Shown: piece after piece, positions 1-10,705 of the stretch
Position numbering within the stretch: position 1 is the first letter of the stretch
Layout of the letters: each line of letters begins with the position of its first letter
Source: an uncultured Nitrososphaeraceae archaeon
Lineage (GTDB): Archaea; Thermoproteota; Nitrososphaeria; Nitrososphaerales; Nitrososphaeraceae
Assembly: GCA_963837175.1 (NCBI GenBank)
Contig: CAWIMJ010000012.1
Span: forward strand, 1-64,000
Length of the DNA stretch: 64,000 nucleotides
Direction of reading: 5' to 3'
The notes under the pieces: generated by a model
Seen by the model: only the letters and a program-made list of their open reading frames with translations
What the model was told of the DNA's origin: nothing
The model's database searches: none
Made by a program: the position numbers and the translations under genes

Positions 1-71
1 AAAAGAAAAAGGATGTAACGAATCATATAATTATAAATGTTAAATATTACATCTTTAAATCTACTCTAGAC

Positions 72-545
72 ATGTCAGAATTTCAATCATCAGACAGACC
101 TTCACCGAATTTGGTTGAAGAAAATAAGTTCGAAGTTGACAAGATTACAGGAGAGCATGAGGCAGGCGAAACAGAGAAAAATACCGCTTCTTCTAGTGAA
201 TTATTAAACCAAATACAAAAACAGTCAACAAGGCAAGCAAAAATAGAGAAAACGCTTGCATCATTAGACAAATCTATGATCCAAATAAGAGATAATCTCG
301 AGAAACCAGGCGATCAGATGGAACAACATCACCAACAACTGCAACAACATCAGGTATTAGAAGAGTCCATAAAACAGATTCAATCCCAACTTTCAGATCT
401 ACAGAAACAATTGACAATGATAGATAGCTCTATTAGTAATATTGTTACCAATCATACTACTACTAGTACTACGGGTCGAGATAAGAAAAAAGGTAAGAAA
501 AATAAGCAGAATAAGAAGAGTAAAAAAGGTAAGAAGAAGAAGTAG
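72..545 (+). CDS. Hypothetical coiled-coil protein with Lys-rich C-terminal tail
   Basis: 157-aa ORF; Q/L-rich heptad-like middle; tail GRDKKKGKKNKQNKKSKKGKKKK; TTAAATA TATA-like box upstream. Confidence 0.7.
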   Translation: MSEFQSSDRPSPNLVEENKFEVDKITGEHEAGETEKNTASSSELLNQIQKQSTRQAKIEKTLASLDKSMIQIRDNLEKPGDQMEQHHQQLQQHQVLEESIKQIQSQLSDLQKQLTMIDSSISNIVTNHTTTSTTGRDKKKGKKNKQNKKSKKGKKKK

Positions 546-599
546 TGTTACGCGAAATAAACGAGATATTCCCATCAAAACCAAAATAAAAAAGAAAAA

Positions 600-840
600 C
601 TGCTAAGAAAATATTGCAAAAACATCTGTAAAGATTACAAAAGCACTAAAAAGTTGATATTCTGGCAGTTATTATGTCGATGGTCATAAAAGATGTGTAG
701 AGTGTGAAGTGTTTTTGGAATGGACAGGCATGAGATGTCCTTGCTGTGATCATGTTCTTAGGATTAGGCCGCACAATATAATATCAAAAGGGAAATACTT
801 GAACAACAAAATGTTATTCAGTATTATTATTATTAGTTGA
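600..840 (+). pseudogene. Small Cys-rich zinc-binding protein of a conserved thaumarchaeal type, frameshifted near 660
   Basis: Manual translation: CKNICKDYKSTKKLI / SGSYYVDGHKRCVECEVFLEWTGMRCPCCDHVLRIRPHN; removing one T joins the frames; absent from ORF track. Confidence 0.65.
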
Positions 841-1296
841 TGAACCGAGTATCTGGGTTTCTTTATCTTAGGGTTTAATCAATAGCTTATGGCCATTTGC
901 TAAATCTATTTTGTCTGTCTGTTTGAGCTAACTTGACCAAAGATTTATTAATTGATTTTCTTACGTTCTCAAATAATTATTTTACAAGTTTATCACTCAG
1001 ATCTTTAATACTGTCTTCTAATTCACTATTCTAATATTTCATCCAAAAATAGATAATCTCTGCTTCAGGTCGTTTTTAATAAATGACTCTGTCCTTCTTT
1101 AGTATTAAACCGTTTTTGTATTAAATAGTATTTTCATGTAGGACTATTGAAATAGAAAGAAATTCTTAGTTCAACAATATTAAAAATAGTGCTCTAAGAT
1201 GATCATCAGCCCACACTTCTCTATTTGATACTTGGAATAATAAGACACTGCAAAAGCTTTTTTTATGATTTCCCTTCCTCTTGTATATGATGATAA

Positions 1297-1839
1297 ATGA
1301 CATTCGTCAACTCTATTAATTCTGGCAAGAATACTCCGGACATTATAAACGTGATAATAGAAATTCCAAAGGGAAACAATATCAAATATGAAATTGATGT
1401 TGAAAGTGGATTTCTTTTCGTGAATAGGAAGCTGCCTTCCTCTATGATTTATCCTTGTAATTATGGATTTATTCCAAAGACCAGAGAAAGTAATGGAGAT
1501 CCTGTCGATGTCTTTATACTTGGTGATGATCCGCTACTGCCTATGTCTGTAATTGAAGCTAATCCTATAGGAATTTTATTAACAGAGGATCAAGATGGTA
1601 AGGATTCTAAAATCATAGCAAAGCCTGTTGAAAAAGTTGATGCTACTTATTCTATGTTAACTGATTTGACTGATATTCCCCCAACTATACTAAATACACT
1701 AGAACATTTTGTTCAGCATCATAAGGATTTAGAGAAGGACAAATATGTGAAGATACAGAGATGGGATAATAAAACCCTTGCAAAGAAAATCATCTCCGAA
1801 GCTATCAGCAGATATGATATATTTATGAAAACTCAATAA
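1297..1839 (+). CDS. ppa: Family I inorganic pyrophosphatase with atypical active-site residues
   Basis: IEIPKG..KYE, YPCNYGFIP, GDPVDV, DQDGKDSKII and HKDLE motifs. Confidence 0.92.
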   Translation: MTFVNSINSGKNTPDIINVIIEIPKGNNIKYEIDVESGFLFVNRKLPSSMIYPCNYGFIPKTRESNGDPVDVFILGDDPLLPMSVIEANPIGILLTEDQDGKDSKIIAKPVEKVDATYSMLTDLTDIPPTILNTLEHFVQHHKDLEKDKYVKIQRWDNKTLAKKIISEAISRYDIFMKTQ

Positions 1840-1882
1840 AATATAAAATCCTGCTACTTTACATTTTTTATTATTATTAGTT

Positions 1883-2329
1883 TTATTTCCTCAAGCCACT
1901 AATGCCTAGCTTGGAAATACGAGGAATACGTGCAACTAATACTGCAAAAGCTATTGCTACTATTGCCATAAACAAGAAACCAAATCCGATTGCCATACCT
2001 ATAGAACATGAGAACCATACACTTGCTGCAGTTGTCAGATTTGTAACTCTTTGATTCGCCTCGCTTTTTAGAATTAATCCAGCTCCAAGAAATCCTATTC
2101 CTGTGAGAATTTGAGCAGCAATTCTTGATGTTGAGTTTGGATCTACATGAGCAGATAAATATGTAAAGATCATAGAGCCTCCTATTACAAAAGCATGAGT
2201 ACTTATTCCAGCAGGTTTATCTTTAGATTCCCTTTCAAGACCTATTAAGAAGCCGGCAAGTAATGATAAACCTAAACCAACTAAGAAATCATAATTAAGG
2301 CCTTTAAAAAAATCTAAATTCTCATGCAT
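1883..2329 (-). CDS. MgtC/SapB family membrane protein
   Basis: IGLERE..KPAGISTH, RIAAQILTGIGFLGAG and LTTAASVW signatures. Confidence 0.93.
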   Translation of the reverse strand: MHENLDFFKGLNYDFLVGLGLSLLAGFLIGLERESKDKPAGISTHAFVIGGSMIFTYLSAHVDPNSTSRIAAQILTGIGFLGAGLILKSEANQRVTNLTTAASVWFSCSIGMAIGFGFLFMAIVAIAFAVLVARIPRISKLGISGLRK

Positions 2330-2775
2330 ATCTGCCCAATGATTAGTTAGTATAGTTGGCTTATATTAAAAATCATTCGAATCATCTTTCTTAAGAGTTA
2401 CTCGCAAATAGATAAAGTGTGAATAATTATATAGATAATAGAAAGTTCTAATAATCTATACTAGATTGCAATGACTGACCTAATCTTAACCATGATCTTT
2501 CTATTGCACTAGTTCTGCTGCTATGACATCGAAACGTCGGCCACACTAAGACTTATTAATCCTGTAATTACAATCATAAATCTGTTAGAATCTATCTTAT
2601 TTCTGCAAAAATTGAGATGTCTAATTATGCAGTAGATCTAATGAATAGATTACTTTTTCTCTATGCTCTACAAAATAGCACTTTATTTTCAATATTCTTA
2701 ATTTTCTATTTTATAAAAATTTCCTACTGATATCAGTGAATAGTAATTTTGAAATTTTATAAAGTTATACATGAC

Positions 2776-3492
2776 TCATATTATATTAGAATCAGTAGCT
2801 TTGCTGATTCTGTCTTGCAATTCTGAATTAATTTCGACTACTGTTCGATTGCCGTTTATAGGTACAATGCCATATGGTTTTTGCATTCTCTGAAATTCCT
2901 TTCCAATCAGTCTCTGATATTTTAAAAAGGATTCTAACATATCTTCTGAGAGCCTAAGATCTGCTCCTGATTCGTAATAGTCAAGTGATGAGTTCTTTTG
3001 AAAGACTCTATGCACAAGCTCATTTGGATCGACATCAAGATAATATACTAGATCAGGTTTGACAGCAAAACCAAATAGATTGTGTGACCATCTTCTACTT
3101 ATTCCTCTGACTGCATCTCTTGCCATGAGGGTATAGATATATCTATCAGCAAGTACAATATAACCAGCACGCAAAGCTGGTACTATTTTATTTTCAAGCT
3201 GATCGGCAAAGTCAGCAGCATAAAACAGACTTAATGTTCTCTTTCCAAGCATTAAATTTCTTTTTGCCTCAAGTATACCTTCGCCTATCAATTCTGATCT
3301 TCTCAAACCAGTATTCACAACAGCATGACCATTTGCTTCAAGATGAGAAGTTATCATTGTAATTTGTGTACTTCTACCTGAAGCATCAGGACCTTCTATA
3401 ACAATTAATCTACCTTTGATTTCAGTGTCCTCTAGATATGATATCCCGTTACCATAGTACCTAATTGATCTGGAACTAATTGGCTTTATCAT
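2776..3492 (-). CDS. Thymidylate-kinase-like protein B (degenerate P-loop GPDASGRST)
   Basis: LIVIEG P-loop, ADFADQ, VLADRY and KPDLVYYLD motifs; start overlaps the upstream stop (ATGA at 3489-3492). Confidence 0.88.
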   Translation of the reverse strand: MIKPISSRSIRYYGNGISYLEDTEIKGRLIVIEGPDASGRSTQITMITSHLEANGHAVVNTGLRRSELIGEGILEAKRNLMLGKRTLSLFYAADFADQLENKIVPALRAGYIVLADRYIYTLMARDAVRGISRRWSHNLFGFAVKPDLVYYLDVDPNELVHRVFQKNSSLDYYESGADLRLSEDMLESFLKYQRLIGKEFQRMQKPYGIVPINGNRTVVEINSELQDRISKATDSNII

Positions 3493-4214
3493 ATAGGGGT
3501 TTTTGCATTTGCATTTGTTGCACTCTTTATAATGTTGTGCTGTCTTATTGTCTTTGGCTGTGGTTGTAATATTTCGATAATTTTTTGTCTAACTAATTGT
3601 TGCTGTTCTTCAATATCTGATCTACCATCTATTACTGTAAATCCTTCAGACTCTATCATAGATTCATATTGATCTACGATCCTACTTTGAAAGATTCTAT
3701 AGCTTTCATACGGATCATTGCTTAAATTCAAATCCATACCAGCTTCATAATACTTTAACTTAGGACGACCAGATAATATTCTTTCAATTGCAATATCAAC
3801 GGGTATCCTGAAATAAAATACAATATCCGGCTTTACAGCAAAGTTGTAGATTTTACAAATCCATTTAGGGCTGCAGCCCCTAACCATATCTCTAGCATAT
3901 GCAGTATATACATATCTATCAGCCAACACCATATAACCTGCACGGAGCAAAGGGAAAATATTTCTCTCATATCGATCAGCAAAATCTGTTGCATGGAGAA
4001 GAGAAAATGTAGTGGGCGTAAGCGTACCCTTTTTCTTACCTTTAGATGTTATCTCTTTAACTGTTTCAGACGAATTCCATTCAGTCAAGAAAACAGGTAA
4101 CATCTTGAATTTTAACCACTTCTCAACAAGTCGAATTTGTGTTGATTTTCCAGATCCATCTATGCCCTCAACTACGATGAGTTTACCACTTACTTCAAAT
4201 TTCTTTTCATTCAT
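3489..4214 (-). CDS. Thymidylate-kinase-like protein A (intact P-loop GIDGSGKST)
   Basis: P-loop, VLADRY and KPDIVFYF motifs; paralogous to the adjacent gene. Confidence 0.9.
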   Translation of the reverse strand: MNEKKFEVSGKLIVVEGIDGSGKSTQIRLVEKWLKFKMLPVFLTEWNSSETVKEITSKGKKKGTLTPTTFSLLHATDFADRYERNIFPLLRAGYMVLADRYVYTAYARDMVRGCSPKWICKIYNFAVKPDIVFYFRIPVDIAIERILSGRPKLKYYEAGMDLNLSNDPYESYRIFQSRIVDQYESMIESEGFTVIDGRSDIEEQQQLVRQKIIEILQPQPKTIRQHNIIKSATNANAKTPI

Positions 4215-5054
4215 TCCAGTTTCCTGTCATAGATTTATGATAATACCTATCAAGTTCGAAATATGAATAATAGTTCTCTGAATCTGTATAGCAACTAGGT
4301 TTGCTCCAAGATGAATATATCTTTCTATTATATATTGACTACTACCGTTGTTTACTTCATCATAGTTGTTCTCAAAAATCAAATGTGCTTCCTATTCTCC
4401 TCTTCTTTTTATGGGCAATGATTTGGAATCTCTATATAACATATCCCAATTTTCATTATACATGAGTAAACTTTTTGACATCTATTTTCTTTAATTCACT
4501 ATAATTGGAAGCTTAAAATGATTTACCGCAATAAAATATATAGTATTAGTTATCAATATAGAATTATATAGTAAATATAGTTCTTCTTTATATGAACACT
4601 ATGCCAATCTAAAGAATAGCCGTTAAAAGTAGTTTGTTATTGAACACTATCGCTTAAGTATATTGTGTTCATTTCAATTACTGTGATAATACTACGATCA
4701 TACTACTATCTTTGCTATCAGAAACTTGAGTTTGGGTTGATGGTGGGACTCCATAGAATTATTGGATCGGGAATAGAGTTATTAATTTCATGAAGTATTC
4801 CAATCAACCACAATTTGTAATATAGTTAGATTTACAAATAAAAACTTCTTCTACATAAAATAACGGTAATATATAGTCTTCAATATAGAACCATATAGTC
4901 TATAAGGTTACATGTGATAATGATGATAAGATAACCTACATAAAATAGCAAGCTAAATAATAATACTAGTCCTTTAATTCAAGGGAATATAGAGTTTCTA
5001 AACTATGGGCATTTGAGAATTGCATGACAGATCAATAGCAGTCTGCTAAAGTAA

Positions 5055-6431
5055 CTATTCATTTTCCTTTTCATTAACTGCAGTTAATTTGACTTTGGCT
5101 TTAATTCTTTCTGGAATGGTAGAGAGGCCAATGCATGCGGCAATTTTCTTAATAGATTTTTTATCCTGTGATTTTAAGATCTGTCTATATCTTATAAATA
5201 ACCGTTTTGCAGTGTTTGGCTTTCTTGTATAAATTATAGATAATGCCAAAAGCACCTGCTCTCTATGACTAAGATCTCTAATATCTTTGTCCATGATCGT
5301 ATAGAACATATTTTCTAGATCGGCAGTCAGCGTTATTTCCGACATCTCTTTTATCGCATGAGCAAGGATCTTATATTCCTGTTTCTTAATTAATCCTGCG
5401 AAAGTCAAAGGCTTTACGGGAGAATAAATGCTTTCTGGAATTATTTCTGGCTTACAACTAACCCTTAAGAAATTTTGAATTTGATCTTTATTGATGTTTT
5501 CTGTGTAGAATGGCGTGGGAAATTCCAAAAATGATGAAAGGACTCCTTCTCTAAGTCCATGAGTACTTATAACGATCTTTCCAAAGGCAAGTTTCCGCAT
5601 TAGCATATTAATTACACATGAACCTGCAGTAATTGTTTCTGCTCTATTGCTACCAATAGCATCAATTCTTGCTATCTGACATGGTGTCATTTTGAAAAGT
5701 CTTCTACTAATACATTCAATTGACTCATAGTCAATATTATAATTATGAATCTTATCAAGCGCATAGTTTTTGATCTCTTGATCATATCCTGCTATAGATC
5801 TTAATGTACCTCCAACACCAATAAGCGTAGCCTCGGTAATCTTGCCAAGTTCTTTACTGCTAGGGAGAGTTTTGAGTATGTGACTCTGCATTCTCAGATA
5901 ATTCTTCTTAGAATATGGACCGTCTTCTCTACTGTAAATTTGCGACAGCCTTAGTGAACCTAAGGGTAATGACATAAATTGCTTAATCCTAAAATTTTCT
6001 GTATATACTATCTCCAGACTACCACCGCCAAGATCAAAAAAGACAGCAGTTGGAATACATGTAGATTTTATTGCTCCTAGGTAAGAAAAGAGTGCCTCTT
6101 CCTTCCCAGATAATACTCTAAATTGGAATCTTGTCTTTTCATAAACTTCTCTGAGAAAGTCATCTTTATTAGCTGCTTCTCTAACTGCACTTGTTGCCAC
6201 AGCTACGACATAATTTATCGACTGAAAATTAATTTTATCGCGGAACAATTTTAAAGCATTGATTGTGCTATTTATCGATTCTCTACTTAGAAGGCCTGTT
6301 TCTCTTAGGTTTGCGCCTAGTCTGACTCTTATTCCTTGTTGTTCATATGCTTTGTAAGAGTTATCAGTATTTACATAATAATTAACTAATTTAAGTGAAT
6401 TGAAACCAAGATTTATCACTGATATTTTCAA
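5055..6431 (-). CDS. ppx: Ppx/GppA exopolyphosphatase family protein
   Basis: ATSAVREA, SGKEEA, FDLGGGSLE, GVGGTLR and GLREG motifs; likely start is TTG at 6431 (the ORF-track extension to 6548 overlaps sixA). Confidence 0.9.
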   Translation of the reverse strand: MKISVINLGFNSLKLVNYYVNTDNSYKAYEQQGIRVRLGANLRETGLLSRESINSTINALKLFRDKINFQSINYVVAVATSAVREAANKDDFLREVYEKTRFQFRVLSGKEEALFSYLGAIKSTCIPTAVFFDLGGGSLEIVYTENFRIKQFMSLPLGSLRLSQIYSREDGPYSKKNYLRMQSHILKTLPSSKELGKITEATLIGVGGTLRSIAGYDQEIKNYALDKIHNYNIDYESIECISRRLFKMTPCQIARIDAIGSNRAETITAGSCVINMLMRKLAFGKIVISTHGLREGVLSSFLEFPTPFYTENINKDQIQNFLRVSCKPEIIPESIYSPVKPLTFAGLIKKQEYKILAHAIKEMSEITLTADLENMFYTIMDKDIRDLSHREQVLLALSIIYTRKPNTAKRLFIRYRQILKSQDKKSIKKIAACIGLSTIPERIKAKVKLTAVNEKENE

Positions 6432-6528
6432 AGTTTTATGTATGACTCCGTCGATGGTTTTAATAGCCAGATATAAGATGTATTGACTACTTAACGTATT
6501 TTTACCTATTGTATATAGATAATATAGT

Positions 6529-7036
6529 TCATTTTGATAACATATCACTCAATAGTTTTGGTGTTAACAACCATCTCAATTCACCCTGAAACTTTGGTGT
6601 TGAAGATATTATTCTAATCCTTGCCAATCCTGATTTCTTTAGAGCTATTCTTCCACCATCATTTCCGTCAAATATGATTTCACTTACCATCTTGCTGAGA
6701 TAGGGTTCGTGACCTACAACAAGTACTAATGACTGCTGTTTGAGGTGAGATAGTTTATTATAAAGATCTATCCGATTACCTTCAGGTGACAATTCATCCC
6801 AATCCTGCATTTTTTTTTCGATCTTTAATGTCTTGGCTACTATTGCTGCCTGTTTGATGAGCACGTTTCAAGGGACTAGTGATAACAACATCAAATTTAG
6901 TTCCTAATTCCTTCAGTGACTTTGCTATATCTGAAACCTCTTTTTGACCTGCAGTGGTAAGTGACCGTTGGAAGTCACCTCTTCCTGTGGAGACTCTTTG
7001 TCCGGCTTCACCATGCCGTAGAATGAATAGATCCAA
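6529..7036 (-). pseudogene. sixA: Phosphohistidine phosphatase SixA split by a 1-nt insertion near 6849 (may be a sequencing error)
   Basis: LRHGEA and SPLKRAHQT in 6794..7036; LVVGHEP and LRWLLTP in 6529..6864; removing one G gives QTAAIVA. Confidence 0.85.
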
Positions 7037-7291
7037 TTATTATCACTACTTGAAGTGGGTAATTATCATGTGATAAATATATACTTCTCTCTAAAGTCAC
7101 TCCACTTGTAATGAGTTAATATTAGATGTAAATAGTAAGGAAAAATAAAAAATCTGAAGTAATTTTAAAAACAAAAATGTGATATAAAGAAGAACTATAT
7201 TTAATATATAATTCTATATTGATAACTAACTATATATTTCATTGCGGGAAATCATTTCAGGCTTCCAGTTATAGTGAATTAAAGAATATAG

Positions 7292-8335
7292 ATGTCATTA
7301 TTGAACAATTATAAAAACGACGACGAAAACAAGCAGGTCACAACTTTTGAAATATTATCTGAACAACAAGAAAAAGTAAATGAAAAAGAATTCATTAAAT
7401 TAAAAATCTATAAATCTGAGATAGATAAAGCAATTGGGAATTTAAAAGAACTTAAGAAAGTAAACCAATATATGAACTTGACTACAAGATTATAGGCTCT
7501 GTAAAGTTAAGATAACAGATTATTGTTATGATGACTAACAAATAGATTCAACCATTTCTGTACGTGTTTCAATTTACATTTACTTTTTCTACAAGGAAAA
7601 TAATCATCGAAATGCTTCGTTCTACTATCTTTGATAAACTGTATCATTCTTTCTCTATGATACTTTTCTCATATCTGGAATGGATATGATGATGGTGCAG
7701 TCTCAAGAACCTGCAAGCCTGTGGATGGATACCATGTACCTCTCCATATCAGTTGAAACAGGATGTTCTCTCCATATCTTTTTACAAGGTTTAATATAAA
7801 ACGCTCTGCAACAAACATGTTTCTCTCCTTTGATATGCTTATTTGAAGAATTTCTCGGTTATCATCTTCAATGGCTATCTATAACCAGATATATTCGGAA
7901 CCAACTTTAATGATAGTTTCATCAATTATAAACTCGGTAATACGTATCTTTCTGGAACTTAACATCTCTGGTTTGTATTTTTGAATCCAATCTCTTATGG
8001 CAGTATGGCTCCTTTTAATAAATCTAGATACAGCTTTGGATGTATTTCTTAATGATAGACCAAGGAAATAAAGATACAGAAAGAGAATATGCTATATCCT
8101 CAGGTTCTGTTCTCTTCCTTATCTGACATATCATAAACTATATCGGAAACATAAAGCTATAGATTTTTCCTTAACTTTACAGAGCCAGATTATAGTAGAT
8201 CGTTATACAGATACAATATTGGACGATTATGGCGGGTATGAAACTCTTAAGCAGACAAAACTATCTACCGATCAAAGTTTTGTGTTGGAAAGAGATGAAG
8301 TTATAAAAGATTCTGCATATAAAGGAAAGAGTTAA
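7292..8335 (+). pseudogene. Hypothetical gene interrupted by an IS6-like element
   Basis: Removing the IS and one TSD copy, plus one A restored near 7463, gives a continuous frame ...KPIYELDYKIIVDRYTDTILDDYGGYETLKQ...KGKS stop at 8335. Confidence 0.6.
7495..8186 (-). mobile_element. IS6-family insertion sequence with decayed transposase
   Basis: Perfect 17-bp TIRs GGCTCTGTAAAGTTAAG (7495-7511 and 8170-8186); 8-bp TSD AGATTATA; minus strand reads LYFLGLSLRNTSKAVSRFIKRSHTAIRDWIQKY...IIDETIIKVG with stops and frameshifts. Confidence 0.92.
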
Positions 8336-8363
8336 ATTAACACAAAATTAAAACTCAGGGATA

Positions 8364-9402
8364 TTGTCCAAATATAATACTACCAATCGTAATATTAGTC
8401 TACATGAATATTATAGAATTTTTTCATTAATAACAATAGTGTTTATTATTACTATATCTATAATGATCTCCTATTCTACAGTAAGTGCATTTGATCAAGC
8501 TAAAGAATATGTATTTGTTAAAAAATGGGGATCAGAAGGAACAGCTGATGGTCAATTTCAGCGGCCACATGACTTAGATTTTGATCCTGCAGAAAAGTAT
8601 CTATACACCCTTGATAGAGATGGTGCTCGCGTACAGGTATTTGATAAAAATGGAACTTTCATAAATAAATGGGGATCTATGGGTATTGGAGATGGCCAAT
8701 TTAATATACCTTATGGAGTAGATGTTGATTCTCAAGGTAATGTTTGGGTTGCTGATAGAGATAATCATCGTATTCAAAAATTCGATAGTGAGGGAAACTT
8801 CCTTTTAAAATTTGGTTCAGAAGGTAGTGGTGATGGCCAATTTAAGAGCCCTAGGCAAGTTGCGGTAGACAAAGATTTAAAGTTCGTTTATGTTGCAGAT
8901 TCAAACAACGATCGTATTCAAAAATTTGACATTAATGGTAATTTTATAAAAAGTTGGGGATCTATGGGAACTGGAGACGGCCAATTTGATAAGCCTGTTT
9001 CTGTGATAATTGATTCAAAAGGAAATATAATAGTAAATGATAGAGGCAATCTTAGAGTTCAAAAATTCGATAGTGAGGGAAACTTCCTTTTAAAATTTGG
9101 TTCAGAAGGTAGTGGTGATGGCCAATTCTCCCATTTTGAGCATATGGCTGTCGACAAATACGATAACATATATGTTAACGATCCACAATCAGATAAAACT
9201 GGTAGTGGCATACCACGTGTCCAAAAATTTGACACTAACGGAAATTTCATTACAAAATGGGGATCATATGGGTACTGGAGACGGCCAATTTATAGACCCA
9301 GAACATCTTGCTATAGATTCAGAAGGATATGTTTATGTTTCTGATAAAGGAAATAATAATATTCAAGTATTCAAACCTATAGATAATGTGCCTCATAAAT
9401 AA
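8364..9402 (+). CDS. Membrane-anchored or secreted NHL-repeat beta-propeller; frameshift near 9270
   Basis: Six WGS.G.GDGQF..P..v.vD..g..yV.D..N.RIQKFD repeats; N-terminal hydrophobic helix; last blade lies in the 9097..9402 frame. Confidence 0.9.
8773..9127 (+). repeat. Exact 70-bp internal direct repeat in the NHL gene (8773-8842 = 9058-9127)
   Basis: Identical nucleotides, offset 285 nt (95 codons, two blades). Confidence 0.9.
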
Positions 9403-9839
9403 ATAAAATAAACAAGTTGAATCAATGATCATACAATCATTCTATTGCAATATGGCAGCAGAACGTTTTATTTTTTCATATATATGGATTAATCTTTTTT
9501 AAAAGATAATTATCATCTTAGTATCTTGTTCCTTCTTAATAAAAAAGAGATATCTATCCAGCTTGTCAACCAGTAGGTATATTATTTCTATTATCTTTTT
9601 TCTCTTTTCTTTTCTTTCGCATCTTAACTGTTATCTATCTGTTTACTTTGTTATTCATTAGTTAATAGGGATCTTAAAGGGACATCCTTTTCTACATTCC
9701 ATTTGCCAATAAAAGCCATATTTAAAGGAGATATCTATTTTCGTCGAAATGCAAAATTTGCTGGATCTTCAGGCTATCTATTGTCATCCTATTAATTCGA
9801 TTATTTAGTTAGTGGAGCGGTATATGTGTAACTGCAATC

Positions 9840-10086
9840 TCATGGAGTTGATACTGGCAGTTGTTCCATGTGGTTATTGTGACAGATAGGACAACCTAAT
9901 AATGGATAATTCACCGAAGTTAAGATATGAGGCACACCAAAAACATGAAGGACACAATAGGAAATCTACTCGTTTATCAGTGTTAGCAGGAAAAATGCGA
10001 TTTGTTTTGCTTCCATCTTCAATGCTAGATAAAGTGGCTTTCCTCAGTACATCATACTCTTTATCTATTAGCATTTGATAGTTCAT
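9840..10086 (-). pseudogene. Small zinc-ribbon protein (CPSCFWCAS...CPIC), frameshifted
   Basis: A second CxxC (RCPICHNN) appears after removing one T near 9892. Confidence 0.55.
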
Positions 10087-10705
10087 AAAGATTAAAAGAT
10101 CATAATCGTTAGTATATTATTTAAAGTATGCAGTCATCAAAACTCAATGCCTTTGTCAAGATCTATATACGCCTAACCAAATTATGTATATTGTATCTTA
10201 GGTATCAGGGATCGTAGCCGTTATCCGAGTTTTATCGCACGAGCCTAGCCTAGTGCCTTTTTTTGCTTTTGCTAACTACCTGTATCTATTACTCAAATAT
10301 TTATGTTGTCTACATAATGCAGTAATAGAAGATAAAGGTATGTGATAAGTCCTCTTCTAAAGAGAATTACAAAAGCATACCAAGGGCGTTATATCCCCTC
10401 TTATGATTTCTCTATTTCGGCTTGTATGTATGGTTTATGCAAATCTTTTGCAACATTATTTCTTATTCACTTGTCAGAGTTGCGCCTGTTTGTTGCAGCA
10501 AATTTAATTGATCTATTACGTCTCCAGTGTTTTGATTGCTTTAGGATTGAAGAGACAATAGTTTGAATGGTACTAGTTTGTTATTAACAAGTGCACATAC
10601 TACGATCATCATCTGAATGTGTTTTAGAGAATACGATAGTAGAAGATTCTGAGATATTTTAATAAAGGTCTATATTTGTGTAATTAATCATATATCATAT
10701 ATATA

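Noticed and set aside
4214-5055. Decayed CHAD or ppk gene in the gap of the polyP cluster
   Set aside because: No recognisable motifs in the frames I could read
6432-6548. N-terminal extension of the ppx ORF
   Set aside because: Overlaps the sixA end and precedes the conserved first strand; TTG at 6431 fits better
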